Shown here piece by piece: positions 9,122 to 17,807 of a DNA stretch of 64,000 nucleotides. The position numbers and the translations under genes were made by a program. The notes below the pieces were generated by a model that saw only the letters and a program-made list of their open reading frames with translations, did not search any database and was not told the DNA's origin. Position 1 is the stretch's first letter. Each line of letters starts with the position of its first letter. Source of the DNA: Candidatus Flemingiibacterium sp. (GTDB taxonomy: Bacteria > Bacillota > Clostridia > Oscillospirales > CAG-272); contig JAZNAL010000035.1 in the NCBI GenBank assembly GCA_045586505.1, positions 13,866-77,865 on the forward strand. Reading direction: 5' to 3'.

Positions 9122-10444
9122 TTACTGAATAATTGTGCTCATATAGAGCTGAATCATCGCATTAATTATGCGAAGGCCCTTAGTGGTAAGCACCACGGCT
9201 CCTTTGCTGTTTCCGACATCTACGGAAACCATATCAGGATCGAAGTTCTCGATGGCGCGAATACGTTCAAGTGCCTGGAAGATCTTGATGATATCGTTCC
9301 AAAGAGATGCTCTGCCGGAATCATCGTTCGCCACGACGCCTATATAACTCGTATTGAACAGAACCGCCACGTCGTTTGCGATCTGGTCGCAAACTCTGAT
9401 CGTCTGATTGCTTTGGAATACTTCGCCCTTCTCCTTTGTGAGGGTAACGAGCGTGTTGATGTCCGCAAGCACACGCACTTCGCCGTTTGCATTGTGGAAC
9501 ATAAACTTACCGGCGTTGATAGCCGCCTCAAGCTCCGTCTGGGTGTGGTCCACGTTCACGGTAAGCTCGCCGTCGTACAGCACGTTTGTCATAGATCTGT
9601 TGACCGCCGTACCTGCGTGTGCTCCCGTGAGCCAGTAGACGATCATATGCGCGTCCACACCGGGTATATCAGGGTGTGTTACGGTATTCCACGCACCGAT
9701 TACCCCCTCGTAGTCGGCATCAGACTGCCACGCAATAAGCTGAGACTTGGCGCCGAGCGAATCACGCACGCGCGCATTAAAGTTCTCGTAGAGTGCGACG
9801 GTAGTAGTGTCTGCTACCGGGCAGCAAAGAGCGTTATACGAGTAGCTCTCGATCTTGTCGAGGAATGCCTGATGCGATTCGCCGGTTATCTCCGCTGCAT
9901 TAGCGCCGCCGCTGAGCGGAGTCCCCGCAGTTTCGGCGAGTGTTGCAGTCTTATCGAACACAACAAAGGCGTTATCGGCAAGATCAGCCGCCTTCTCAAC
10001 ATTCTGCGAGTCGAAGCGAGTACCGTCAACGTAAGTACTTACCTCATACAGCGCCTCGTTATCCACGCTCTTGGCAATAACAACGCTGACAGCGTTGCCA
10101 CGAGTGCCGGGATACTTGGCGGTACCGTATGTATTTGACGCAGCCTTCGCGCCGCTACCTAAACGGTAGCAATAAACCTTTGTGGCGTGACAGAAGATCT
10201 CGCGAAGCGCGAGCATCTCGGGAGCTTCGTAGGCGTATCCGAAGATAGTCGTACACTTCTTTTGGAAGTCTTCAGCCGTCACCTCAAATACGGTGTTCTC
10301 GGGGCCCCAATTAAGCACAAAAGGCGCCGCCGCAATTCCTCTCTCAGAAAGTTCAGCCGTCGCCTTCGCCGCGCTTATAAAATTGATATACGCACCCGGC
10401 ATTACCTTGTTCATAGTAACCCAAGTGCCTCCGCCGTATGCCAT
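9122..10444 (-). CDS. Contractile tail sheath protein, XkdK-like
   Basis: GGGTWVTMNKVMPGAYINF, AKYPGTRGN, NQTIRVCDQIAND motifs. Confidence 0.95.
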   Translation of the reverse strand: MAYGGGTWVTMNKVMPGAYINFISAAKATAELSERGIAAAPFVLNWGPENTVFEVTAEDFQKKCTTIFGYAYEAPEMLALREIFCHATKVYCYRLGSGAKAASNTYGTAKYPGTRGNAVSVVIAKSVDNEALYEVSTYVDGTRFDSQNVEKAADLADNAFVVFDKTATLAETAGTPLSGGANAAEITGESHQAFLDKIESYSYNALCCPVADTTTVALYENFNARVRDSLGAKSQLIAWQSDADYEGVIGAWNTVTHPDIPGVDAHMIVYWLTGAHAGTAVNRSMTNVLYDGELTVNVDHTQTELEAAINAGKFMFHNANGEVRVLADINTLVTLTKEKGEVFQSNQTIRVCDQIANDVAVLFNTSYIGVVANDDSGRASLWNDIIKIFQALERIRAIENFDPDMVSVDVGNSKGAVVLTTKGLRIINAMIQLYMSTIIQ

Positions 10445-10445
10445 A

Positions 10446-10622
10446 TTATCTTACCTTACCTTTCATGTATTTTTCGATGAGCGCGTCTACCTGCGCAGTC
10501 GTATACGACTTGCCGTCTTCAAGAAGCGCACTCAACACATCTCGTCTGGATGCGTATTTCTCCGAGGCAAGCAACTGCTTTTTAGTGTGAGCAGACGCTG
10601 CCTCGGTGTTAGCCTTTGACAT
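10446..10622 (-). CDS. Small conserved phage protein upstream of sheath (58 aa)
   Basis: Not in track; MSKANTEAASAHTKKQLLASEKYASRRDVLSALLEDGKSYTTAQVDALIEKYMKGKVR fills the gap exactly, preceded by GGAGG. Confidence 0.75.
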   Translation of the reverse strand: MSKANTEAASAHTKKQLLASEKYASRRDVLSALLEDGKSYTTAQVDALIEKYMKGKVR

Positions 10623-10626
10623 AGAA

Positions 10627-11055
10627 TTAAACCTCCTGTATTATTGATAGTGATTCGATTGGTTCGACCTCTTCGGGAACGTACACAAAATGTGGGTAGC
10701 GCACTATGCAGTGCAGTACGTCATCGCTTATCGTGCACTCAAATCCCGTACCGTGCACACTGTCACCCTCGGGCGTACTGACAGTACCGAGAATGTACGG
10801 CAGTCGCCCGGCAACGTTTAGACACTCCGTGCGGCTGTCCTTCGCGGCAGGGTAGTAGATAACGTCAAACGTTATGCTTCTCTGCGCTCGCGAGCCCATT
10901 TGCCCGGTATGAGCGGGAGTAATGGGCAAAACAGTAAAGTCGCCCGGGTTCAAGCCCTGCTTGGCTGCCTCTCCGCGTATCTTGGCAGTCGGGAAGAACC
11001 TATGAAGCGCTAACGTTACCGCATCAAACACACTGTTATAGCTTATCTCCGCCAC
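10627..11055 (-). CDS. Tail terminator-like protein
   Basis: Position between HK97 gp10-like and sheath genes; FDVIYYP, DDVLHC motifs. Confidence 0.75.
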   Translation of the reverse strand: MAEISYNSVFDAVTLALHRFFPTAKIRGEAAKQGLNPGDFTVLPITPAHTGQMGSRAQRSITFDVIYYPAAKDSRTECLNVAGRLPYILGTVSTPEGDSVHGTGFECTISDDVLHCIVRYPHFVYVPEEVEPIESLSIIQEV

Positions 11056-11680
11056 CGCCGAACACCTCCCGTAATTTGTTTTCGAGTTTTTTCTGTAAAA
11101 TGCCCGGAGCTATCCTCTCGAGATCCTCCTCGGACATTGTGAGCATATACTTTCCTGGTACCCACCCGTTCTTCAGGCGCTTACCTATCGCGGGAACGTA
11201 ACGCCCGGGCGTCTGCCTGTGGCCGTACTCAACGTACTCGGCGTACAGCACGGGGTTCACGATTTCGATTATGTAATCGTTGCCGCTTTTGGTCACGGCA
11301 AGCGACTTTGCATATTCCGCAGCTTGGGCGGCAGACGGTTTTCCGCTGCCGCCTTCTGCTTCTTCGTGTGTTTTAGCTGTCCAACCTCGTCGCAAGGTGC
11401 CGCCGTCGTATCCGCCCCAGTACTGCGCAAGCCTTGCGCCTTCCGCAGTGAGAAACGTGCGCTTCTTACCGCTCGCGCCCTCAACCTTTTCGGTTTTTGA
11501 GCCCTGCAATTCCGGCTTTGTTCCTACGGGAGTGCGGGGTATAACAAGGGCGAGCAATCTTGCCGCAAGCTCCTTGGAGGCGTCCCGGCAAAAGGTATCG
11601 AGATCAGCATCTTCAAGCTTTTGCAGACGTTCATGCAAAGACTTGAGCTGCGAAAAATCACAGCTTCCCCATTTTGCCAT
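11036..11680 (-). CDS. HK97 gp10 family tail-completion protein
   Basis: RTPVG, GGTLRRGW, NPVLYAEYVEYGHR motifs. Confidence 0.9.
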   Translation of the reverse strand: MAKWGSCDFSQLKSLHERLQKLEDADLDTFCRDASKELAARLLALVIPRTPVGTKPELQGSKTEKVEGASGKKRTFLTAEGARLAQYWGGYDGGTLRRGWTAKTHEEAEGGSGKPSAAQAAEYAKSLAVTKSGNDYIIEIVNPVLYAEYVEYGHRQTPGRYVPAIGKRLKNGWVPGKYMLTMSEEDLERIAPGILQKKLENKLREVFGGGGDKL

Positions 11681-12057
11681 TATGCCCATCCTCGAAATAG
11701 CTCGAGCGGGATCTCTTGGTGACACGAGTACACGGCGGGTTTACCGCTTCGCTCATAGTCTGCGGTCACACCTTTTTGTACAACCGTGATTTTAGAACCG
11801 ACAGGGATGTCGAGCTTCGCATCGATAAACAGCTTGATGCTCTGAACGGGGCGCGATGCTCCGTCCGAGCTCTCCGCGCTGTCAACCGTATCAAACGATA
11901 TTCGGCACGGCTCATCGGTGTAAAGAGCTTTCTCCTCATCTTCTGACCGCCCATTGGCTTCGTTGGTCTTAGGTTCGCGTATAATAACGGTGCACCTCCC
12001 GTCCCAAAGACGCTTGATAGCACTGCTGTAGGCGCGCAAATCAATACCGTTTACCAT
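11680..12057 (-). CDS. Head closure / head-tail adaptor protein
   Basis: EPCRISF, IKLFI...IPVGSKITV, HQEIPL pattern; position in neck module. Confidence 0.75.
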   Translation of the reverse strand: MVNGIDLRAYSSAIKRLWDGRCTVIIREPKTNEANGRSEDEEKALYTDEPCRISFDTVDSAESSDGASRPVQSIKLFIDAKLDIPVGSKITVVQKGVTADYERSGKPAVYSCHQEIPLELFRGWA

Positions 12058-12434
12058 TTGATCCTCCTGTACGCCGCAAAAACACTCGGGGGCGGATTTA
12101 CGAGATCGTTTATCATTACGTCAAGCTTATCCTCGGGTGTGCTTGTATCCGCAAAATCCACAGACACGTCACCTTCACTGATATTTGTGACCGGCACAGA
12201 AAAATCAAAATTTTCTCCGAGCTTTCCTGCGTCTTTAAGGTCACGCAGAAAATATCCAGTTGCCATATCGACGTGCGTATAATACAGCCCGTCGGGTATG
12301 TCGGTGCGGTTAATGCTGGCACAGATCTGTTCTGCCGCACGGTTTATAGAATAATCGATAGCGAGCGAATCACTCCCTTTGGCACTGTATCCAAAGATTT
12401 CAAGTCTTGCTATAACATCAGATTGCGATATCAT
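12051..12434 (-). CDS. Head-tail connector (gp6/gp15-like)
   Basis: INRTDIPDGL, VTNISEGDVSVDF, YRRIKW. Confidence 0.82.
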   Translation of the reverse strand: MISQSDVIARLEIFGYSAKGSDSLAIDYSINRAAEQICASINRTDIPDGLYYTHVDMATGYFLRDLKDAGKLGENFDFSVPVTNISEGDVSVDFADTSTPEDKLDVMINDLVNPPPSVFAAYRRIKW

Positions 12435-12451
12435 CGACCGCACCTCCTTGC

Positions 12452-12739
12452 TTATTCGTTGTGGGTACCAGTACCGCCCTCGGTAGCAGCCTTGATGATA
12501 GCGAGAATATCCTCTGCGCTTGCCGCGTCGCCGATGTCGATCTTATTCTTCTTGGCGTACTTCTTGAGCTGTGCTGCGGTCATACTCTCGAGCGCAACAT
12601 CTTCTTCGATTTTCTCGACGGTGCAGCCCTGCGCCTTAAGACGCTCTGCTACAGATACGTCGTCCGTTTCGAGAAGCTTTACCGTACGCTTGCCGTCCCA
12701 GATGCCGCCATTCTTTGCCTTGGGTGTAATCTTAAACAT
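12452..12739 (-). CDS. Capsid-associated small protein with Rho-N/HeH-like C-terminus
   Basis: LESMTAAQLKKYAKKNKIDI...EDILAII; follows the capsid gene. Confidence 0.7.
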   Translation of the reverse strand: MFKITPKAKNGGIWDGKRTVKLLETDDVSVAERLKAQGCTVEKIEEDVALESMTAAQLKKYAKKNKIDIGDAASAEDILAIIKAATEGGTGTHNE

Positions 12740-12753
12740 ATCGGCACCTCCGA

Positions 12754-13713
12754 TTATTCAGCCTTGAGGCCGGTGATAGAACCGTGGAGGAATGCAGGAC
12801 CGTGTGCAAGACCGATCTGACCGTAGATCTGCTTGCGCTCGGAAGCACCTTCCTTGGCGAGATCCTCGAGGAAGAGAACGCCCTTGCCGGGAACGTCCTG
12901 GAACACGGGAGCGAGCGCCGCAACGTCCGCGATGAGGATCTTGTCTGCAGGCATAAAGGGATCGTAAGCGACGCCCATCTTGAAGAAATCGTTTTCGAGC
13001 TCGGTAATGTTCATACCACCCACGTTGCGGGAAGCCGCCTTGTTGTAGCCGAGCTGCTTCTCGTAAAGCGCGGTAATAGCCTGCTTCTGGTAAGATCCGC
13101 AGAGGAGAACCATATTGCCGAATGCAGCGCCGCCGTCTGCCATAGCCTTGTAGAGCGCCTTGAGCAAGTCAAGGGAAAGCTCAGCATCTGCCGCGGCGAT
13201 AGTAGTGCCGGCGGAGCAAAGCTCAAGCATACCGCGCGTCTTGTTTGCAACGTCTGCGCCGGTGGACTTCTGATAAACACCGTTGATGAACGTGTACTCA
13301 ACGTCCTGAGCGATCTTTTCGAGTCTGCGCGCTACCTGCCAGTCAAGCTCGTTTGCGGGATTGGGCTGGTTGCCTGCAGTATTAAGGCCCTGAAGCTTGC
13401 CACGGTTAGCCTGCTTTGCATAGGTGATCGACACGGTTTCGTGGAAGATCTGAGTCACGTTAGTTTCCTGATTGCGTGCAATCGCACTTGCGGCAGGGGC
13501 CTTCTCGGAAGCAGTTTCCGAAATATCAGGCTGCGATGCTGTGGGGAATTCATAGAGTACGCCGGTGGCGAACTCGTCGTTCTCTGTCTTCATGCCGCCG
13601 GTAAGACCGCCGATCATAGAGAGAAGAGGGGTTTTGGTGGGGGAGCAAGTGAAAAGCTCGCCCGCGTAGTTGGGCAGATTCCAAGTGTTGCCCGTTCCAT
13701 TTACGTTTGCCAT
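12754..13713 (-). CDS. Major capsid protein (DUF5309/SU10-like)
   Basis: TPLLSMIGG, NVTQIFHETVSITY, KTRGML, QIYGQIGL; strongly biased codon use; follows the scaffold gene. Confidence 0.85.
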   Translation of the reverse strand: MANVNGTGNTWNLPNYAGELFTCSPTKTPLLSMIGGLTGGMKTENDEFATGVLYEFPTASQPDISETASEKAPAASAIARNQETNVTQIFHETVSITYAKQANRGKLQGLNTAGNQPNPANELDWQVARRLEKIAQDVEYTFINGVYQKSTGADVANKTRGMLELCSAGTTIAAADAELSLDLLKALYKAMADGGAAFGNMVLLCGSYQKQAITALYEKQLGYNKAASRNVGGMNITELENDFFKMGVAYDPFMPADKILIADVAALAPVFQDVPGKGVLFLEDLAKEGASERKQIYGQIGLAHGPAFLHGSITGLKAE

Positions 13714-13732
13714 AGTTTTTTTACCTATCCTT

Positions 13733-14374
13733 TCACATTAAAAATACGTTGTTTGCCGCGGCTTCTCGCTTAATAGCGACTGCCGCCGCCGTGTCGCCGT
13801 TTTTTCTCGCCTCGGCAAGGCGCGTTGCGTAGGTATCTACATCTGCAGGCGGTGTGTTACCGCCGGGATTGCCGGGCTGCATACCCGTGAAGCCGGGCGT
13901 TCCGCCGCCCTTGGGGTCCGCAGCATCAAAGAGGTACGCTTCATCAGCCGCAACCTTATCTAAAGCCGCATTGATGTCGCCCTCTCTGTTTTTGGAAGCC
14001 TTGAGCGTTTCCAGATCGAGCAGCGCGCGCACTGCCTTGACGTTCTTCGCACCCTTGGCTTTAATTGCCGAATCAACGGTAGAATTGAAATCCATATCGT
14101 CAAGCTTCTGCTGATGCTCCGCGTCCTTTGCGGCAAGATCGTTGGTGAGCTTGGTTATTTCACCCTTCAGCTCGTCCACGTTGACGCCCTCGAAGGACTT
14201 AAGCGCCTTCTGCGCGTCATCAAGTGACGCTTTGTAAGTGTCACGCGCTGTGCGGATCTTCTCGACCTCGGCAACGGTCTTGTAATTTTCGTTTACAGCC
14301 GTGTCGAAGTCAGCCTTTTTATCGGCAGGAATTTCGATGCCGAGCTCCTTCAGGATTTCGTGTATGTTTTTCAT
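13733..14374 (-). CDS. Scaffolding protein (phage GP20 family)
   Basis: Coiled coil, GAKNVKAVRALLD, AYLF motif; between MuF and capsid. Confidence 0.88.
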   Translation of the reverse strand: MKNIHEILKELGIEIPADKKADFDTAVNENYKTVAEVEKIRTARDTYKASLDDAQKALKSFEGVNVDELKGEITKLTNDLAAKDAEHQQKLDDMDFNSTVDSAIKAKGAKNVKAVRALLDLETLKASKNREGDINAALDKVAADEAYLFDAADPKGGGTPGFTGMQPGNPGGNTPPADVDTYATRLAEARKNGDTAAAVAIKREAAANNVFLM

Positions 14375-14384
14375 CGTGCTATCC

Positions 14385-14460
14385 TTTCTGCGTGATTTTT
14401 ATACCGCTTCGCCTGCGGTTGAAGGATTTGCCGCGTAACCCTACGGCTAAGGGAAGGTAT
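14385..14460 (-). ncRNA. Possible structured leader of the scaffold gene (GP20-type RNA motif candidate)
   Basis: Two hairpins (GCCG...CGGC and ACCGC-AGGCGAA-GCGGT) just upstream of the RBS of the GP20 gene. Confidence 0.35.
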
Positions 14461-14495
14461 AACAAAAGCTCGGCACACTTTCGTGTGTCGAGCTT
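14461..14495 (-). terminator. Intrinsic terminator after the putative immunity gene
   Basis: AAGCTCGACACAC-GAAA-GTGTGCCGAGCTT then TTGTT on the minus strand. Confidence 0.65.
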
Positions 14496-14540
14496 GGGTT
14501 ATTGAGTTGTAATTACGCGAGTATAAGCGTTAAAGGAGCA

Positions 14541-14768
14541 TTATTCGATTATATAGGCTCCAACCATAGAAAACGCCCCAATCGGTGTTACCACCAAAGT
14601 TTGAATTTCCATAGTTGAAACACCGCCCTGCAGGGCTACTGACTGAAGGAGAAAATGATTTCCGTTATCATCTTTGATTGTTTGACCTATGACGGTGTTC
14701 TGTAACTGCCCGTCTATATCGATAGTCAACAAGTCTCTGACCTTCTCTGATTTTAATACTTTTATCAT
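14541..14768 (-). CDS. Putative immunity protein for the MuF toxin domain (75 aa)
   Basis: AT-rich small ORF translationally coupled (TGATG) to the muF stop. Confidence 0.6.
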   Translation of the reverse strand: MIKVLKSEKVRDLLTIDIDGQLQNTVIGQTIKDDNGNHFLLQSVALQGGVSTMEIQTLVVTPIGAFSMVGAYIIE

Positions 14769-16264
14769 CAGCGTACTCCTTTCAGCAGTTGTTCCAATGC
14801 TTTTCGGTCATTTTCTAATATCTTTCTAGTAGTATTGATCTCGGTTTTTGTAAGATTATACGCTTTCGCATTACGCAATATTTTTGTCTTCGCCTCCACC
14901 TCGGCACGAGCAATGCTCAGCGGTGTTCCGTCAATCTTTCCGGATCTATATTGACTAGTATGAATTAACTCTTCAAATACAGCGACCCTTGACGGATTCC
15001 GCATGAGACAAACAGTGTTAGCGTTTAGCGTGATGCCCTCGGCTCCACGCGAAAGAACATATCTCTCGGAGTCTTCATCGGATAAAATTAAGATCCCAAT
15101 TGTCTCGGCGCGCTTCTTTATCCGTGAAAATTGCTCTTCCGGCATAGGCTCGCCAATTGAAACACCGTTTATCTCTCGCTTGGTCAATAACATTTTAACA
15201 TTTTTTGCTCGTTTTGTCAAGGTTTCTTTTGAAACAAATTTGTTTCTCCACTGCTTGTAGGTCGTATCCCTCGACACTGCATAAGCCTTGCCCGTTTCAA
15301 TATCGCGAGCATATCGTTCACCAACGCCTTCCATATCAGCAAAATACGGTGCGGTACAGCATCGGCACCAAGGGTGAAACGGATTCGCCGTAAGCCCCGG
15401 CTGGTATGCGCTCATCGGGAAGACTTTGCCGTCAAGCTCCGAGCATTTATCACACGTTCCGTCGTCAAGCGTTCCGACCACCTGATACTGTTCAACGTCG
15501 AGCTCCTTGTAGCAATCTCTCTGACCAATACTCGCAAAATACGAGCTTTCTGTCATAACAAGACGCCCGGCGTTTTCCTTAGCTGTCTTGAACTTTGAAG
15601 CAATAGCGGCAATAGCCTTATCGGGCGTTGCGCTGCCTGTAACAAGTAAGCGTGTAAGCTCCTGCTGAATAGTGTCAACGAGCTTGTTTCTATCGCTCCA
15701 TATTCGTGAGGAGAAGGTCTGCCCATCAGCCGTCCACGGTTTTGCGAGCATTTTGTCAAGCATAGCGTCGTCCACCGCCTCAAAAGAATAACCCGCGCCG
15801 AATCCGCGCTGTATCTCGAAGGCTGTGTGATAATAGCTGTGCGTATAGGCGTGCTTTGCCGCATTAGCTGTAGCTGTCGTACGCGCCTTGGAAACAAGTT
15901 CCGCACGGTGCTGCAATTGGAGCTTGAGTGCTTCGTATTTGCTGATGTGGTGCCTGGCAGAAGCGTTTTCAAGCTGCTTTGCCCACTCACCCGAAATGGC
16001 GTTCTCCTCGCCCTTCTTTATGTATTCGCCGACGGTCCATTTGAACTCCTCAAGCTCATCGGCCACAAGAAGCTTGCGCGCACCTGCGTATGATACGTTG
16101 TTATTTGCGGCAAGGCGCTGATACCACGCGCGAATCAGCGTATCGCAGTCAGCAATAGCCGCCTCGCATACGCGCTCAACCTCTTGCACGCTTTTATAGG
16201 TATCGTTAAGAATAGTCTCCTCGACTATCTTAAGCCGACGTGCCCAATAGTCTGCGTTATTCAT
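14768..16264 (-). CDS. Minor capsid protein MuF/SPP1 gp7 with C-terminal zincin-like (EELIH) extension
   Basis: MuF motifs RLVMTES, TLDDGTCDKC, PFHPWCRCCTAPYF, TYKQW; about 150 extra aa containing VFEELIHTSQY. Confidence 0.9.
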   Translation of the reverse strand: MNNADYWARRLKIVEETILNDTYKSVQEVERVCEAAIADCDTLIRAWYQRLAANNNVSYAGARKLLVADELEEFKWTVGEYIKKGEENAISGEWAKQLENASARHHISKYEALKLQLQHRAELVSKARTTATANAAKHAYTHSYYHTAFEIQRGFGAGYSFEAVDDAMLDKMLAKPWTADGQTFSSRIWSDRNKLVDTIQQELTRLLVTGSATPDKAIAAIASKFKTAKENAGRLVMTESSYFASIGQRDCYKELDVEQYQVVGTLDDGTCDKCSELDGKVFPMSAYQPGLTANPFHPWCRCCTAPYFADMEGVGERYARDIETGKAYAVSRDTTYKQWRNKFVSKETLTKRAKNVKMLLTKREINGVSIGEPMPEEQFSRIKKRAETIGILILSDEDSERYVLSRGAEGITLNANTVCLMRNPSRVAVFEELIHTSQYRSGKIDGTPLSIARAEVEAKTKILRNAKAYNLTKTEINTTRKILENDRKALEQLLKGVR

Positions 16265-17789
16265 CTACGTTACCGCCGCCGTTATTCTGCCCACCGTTCT
16301 GTGCGCCACCGTTATTCTCAAACGCCGCACGGTAAGCGTCCACTTCAGCTGCCGCCTTTTCCTTTTCGGAATTGATCCGCTCGAGTTCTTTCTCTGGATC
16401 ATCCACCCAAGGATGCTGTTTGACAATGGTCTCGTCGCTGAGTATACCCGCGGATTTTCCGCAATTCTCAATCGCCTCGGTTTCGTTGACAAGTATGTCA
16501 CGGTTAAATACGACCGCTACGTCAGCGTTTTCGAAATTGCCGACGTTGGTGTTTGCCAAATGCACGTTAACGAACCACAGAAGCTCCTCGAAAGCGGCTT
16601 GGAATTCCGTTTCCATTCCGTTAGCGTCGAGATCAATGTCAGAATACATCGACCTGATGTTCATCTGATTAGGAGTGCCGTTCATTCGCTCGTCCTTCGC
16701 GTCGTATCCGCGCGCGTTCTCGATGATCGCCTTTTTAAGCAGCTCGATAACGGTTTTGTAGTTGTCGACGTTAAGCTCGATCTCAAGCTTGTCAACCGCG
16801 CCGTCGGAGCCCTCAAAGCTGCGAACCTTAACAGCGCCGTATGTGGCAAGATTACGGCGGAACTCGCCGAGATCTTCACCGTCGTAATTGTGGATAACGA
16901 GTACGGTGTTTCGGACGTCTTCCTCCATAGCGTTCACGCCGTTTGAAAGCATGAGGTTGAGTGCATCCTGTAAGCACTTTACTCGACGCAGTAGCGGCTG
17001 CTCGCGATGATTAGCCTTGAAGCACACGAGCGGTAAGCGGTCCCAGTTATACCCGATCTGTTCACCTGTTTCGCCATCGGTAGCGGTGATATACGGACCG
17101 GACGGCGCATCATTATCAAATACGAGCGATCCGCCGTCCCATATAAAGCGGTCTATACCGCCGCCGTGCAATATTTCTGCCTTATAGACGATATTCTCAT
17201 TGCCCGATGCATCGTATACATACGCAGAGAAAAGATGCACAGCGCAGTCGAGCTCATCATGCTCGGTATCCGCCCAAAACGGAAGCACTTCGTGCGCCGG
17301 GAAAAGCGCAAACGAAAGCTCGTCCTTGGTTTTGTAGTACGGGAATACCCACACTTTGCCGCCCGTGAGTGCACGTTCAGCAGCTATGCGGATCTTGCGA
17401 CGAACCTTGTAGGTAAATATCTTGTTAAGCGCCTCGGCATAGGCCTTGTTCTCCGTATCAAATATAAACGGCCGACCGCAAAGGTAATTCGCCTTCTGAT
17501 CGACCATTTTAGCGTATTGATTATCTACGATGCGGTTATTGGGGAGGTTTTCAACCTGCTTCAACGTGCCACCTTCACCTATGACGGTACGTTTGCGTTT
17601 TAATATATCGTGGTTGCCGTCGTAATACTCGTCGCCTGCGATCTGCCCTTGCCGTTCAGAAGAACTAAACCAAGCTTTTATCTCGTGCTCGAGAAATTCC
17701 TTATCGGTCATTCCCGGAGTTATATACGCGGCAATCTTGCCAACAAGCAGCAAGCTCGTGGGCTTATCATAAAAATTCAAAGTTTTCAC
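16257..17789 (-). CDS. Portal protein, SPP1 gp6-like
   Basis: YYDGNHDIL, NNRIVDNQYAKMVDQKANYL, MYSDIDLDAN, HPWVDDPEKELERI. Confidence 0.95.
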   Translation of the reverse strand: MKTLNFYDKPTSLLLVGKIAAYITPGMTDKEFLEHEIKAWFSSSERQGQIAGDEYYDGNHDILKRKRTVIGEGGTLKQVENLPNNRIVDNQYAKMVDQKANYLCGRPFIFDTENKAYAEALNKIFTYKVRRKIRIAAERALTGGKVWVFPYYKTKDELSFALFPAHEVLPFWADTEHDELDCAVHLFSAYVYDASGNENIVYKAEILHGGGIDRFIWDGGSLVFDNDAPSGPYITATDGETGEQIGYNWDRLPLVCFKANHREQPLLRRVKCLQDALNLMLSNGVNAMEEDVRNTVLVIHNYDGEDLGEFRRNLATYGAVKVRSFEGSDGAVDKLEIELNVDNYKTVIELLKKAIIENARGYDAKDERMNGTPNQMNIRSMYSDIDLDANGMETEFQAAFEELLWFVNVHLANTNVGNFENADVAVVFNRDILVNETEAIENCGKSAGILSDETIVKQHPWVDDPEKELERINSEKEKAAAEVDAYRAAFENNGGAQNGGQNNGGGNVDE

Positions 17790-17807
17790 GGCTTACGCCT
17801 CCTTGCT

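Noticed and set aside
9113-10138. 341-aa + strand ORF
   Set aside because: Antisense shadow of the tail sheath gene; no RBS or recognisable motif.
12784-13773. 329-aa + strand ORF
   Set aside because: Antisense shadow of the codon-biased capsid gene.
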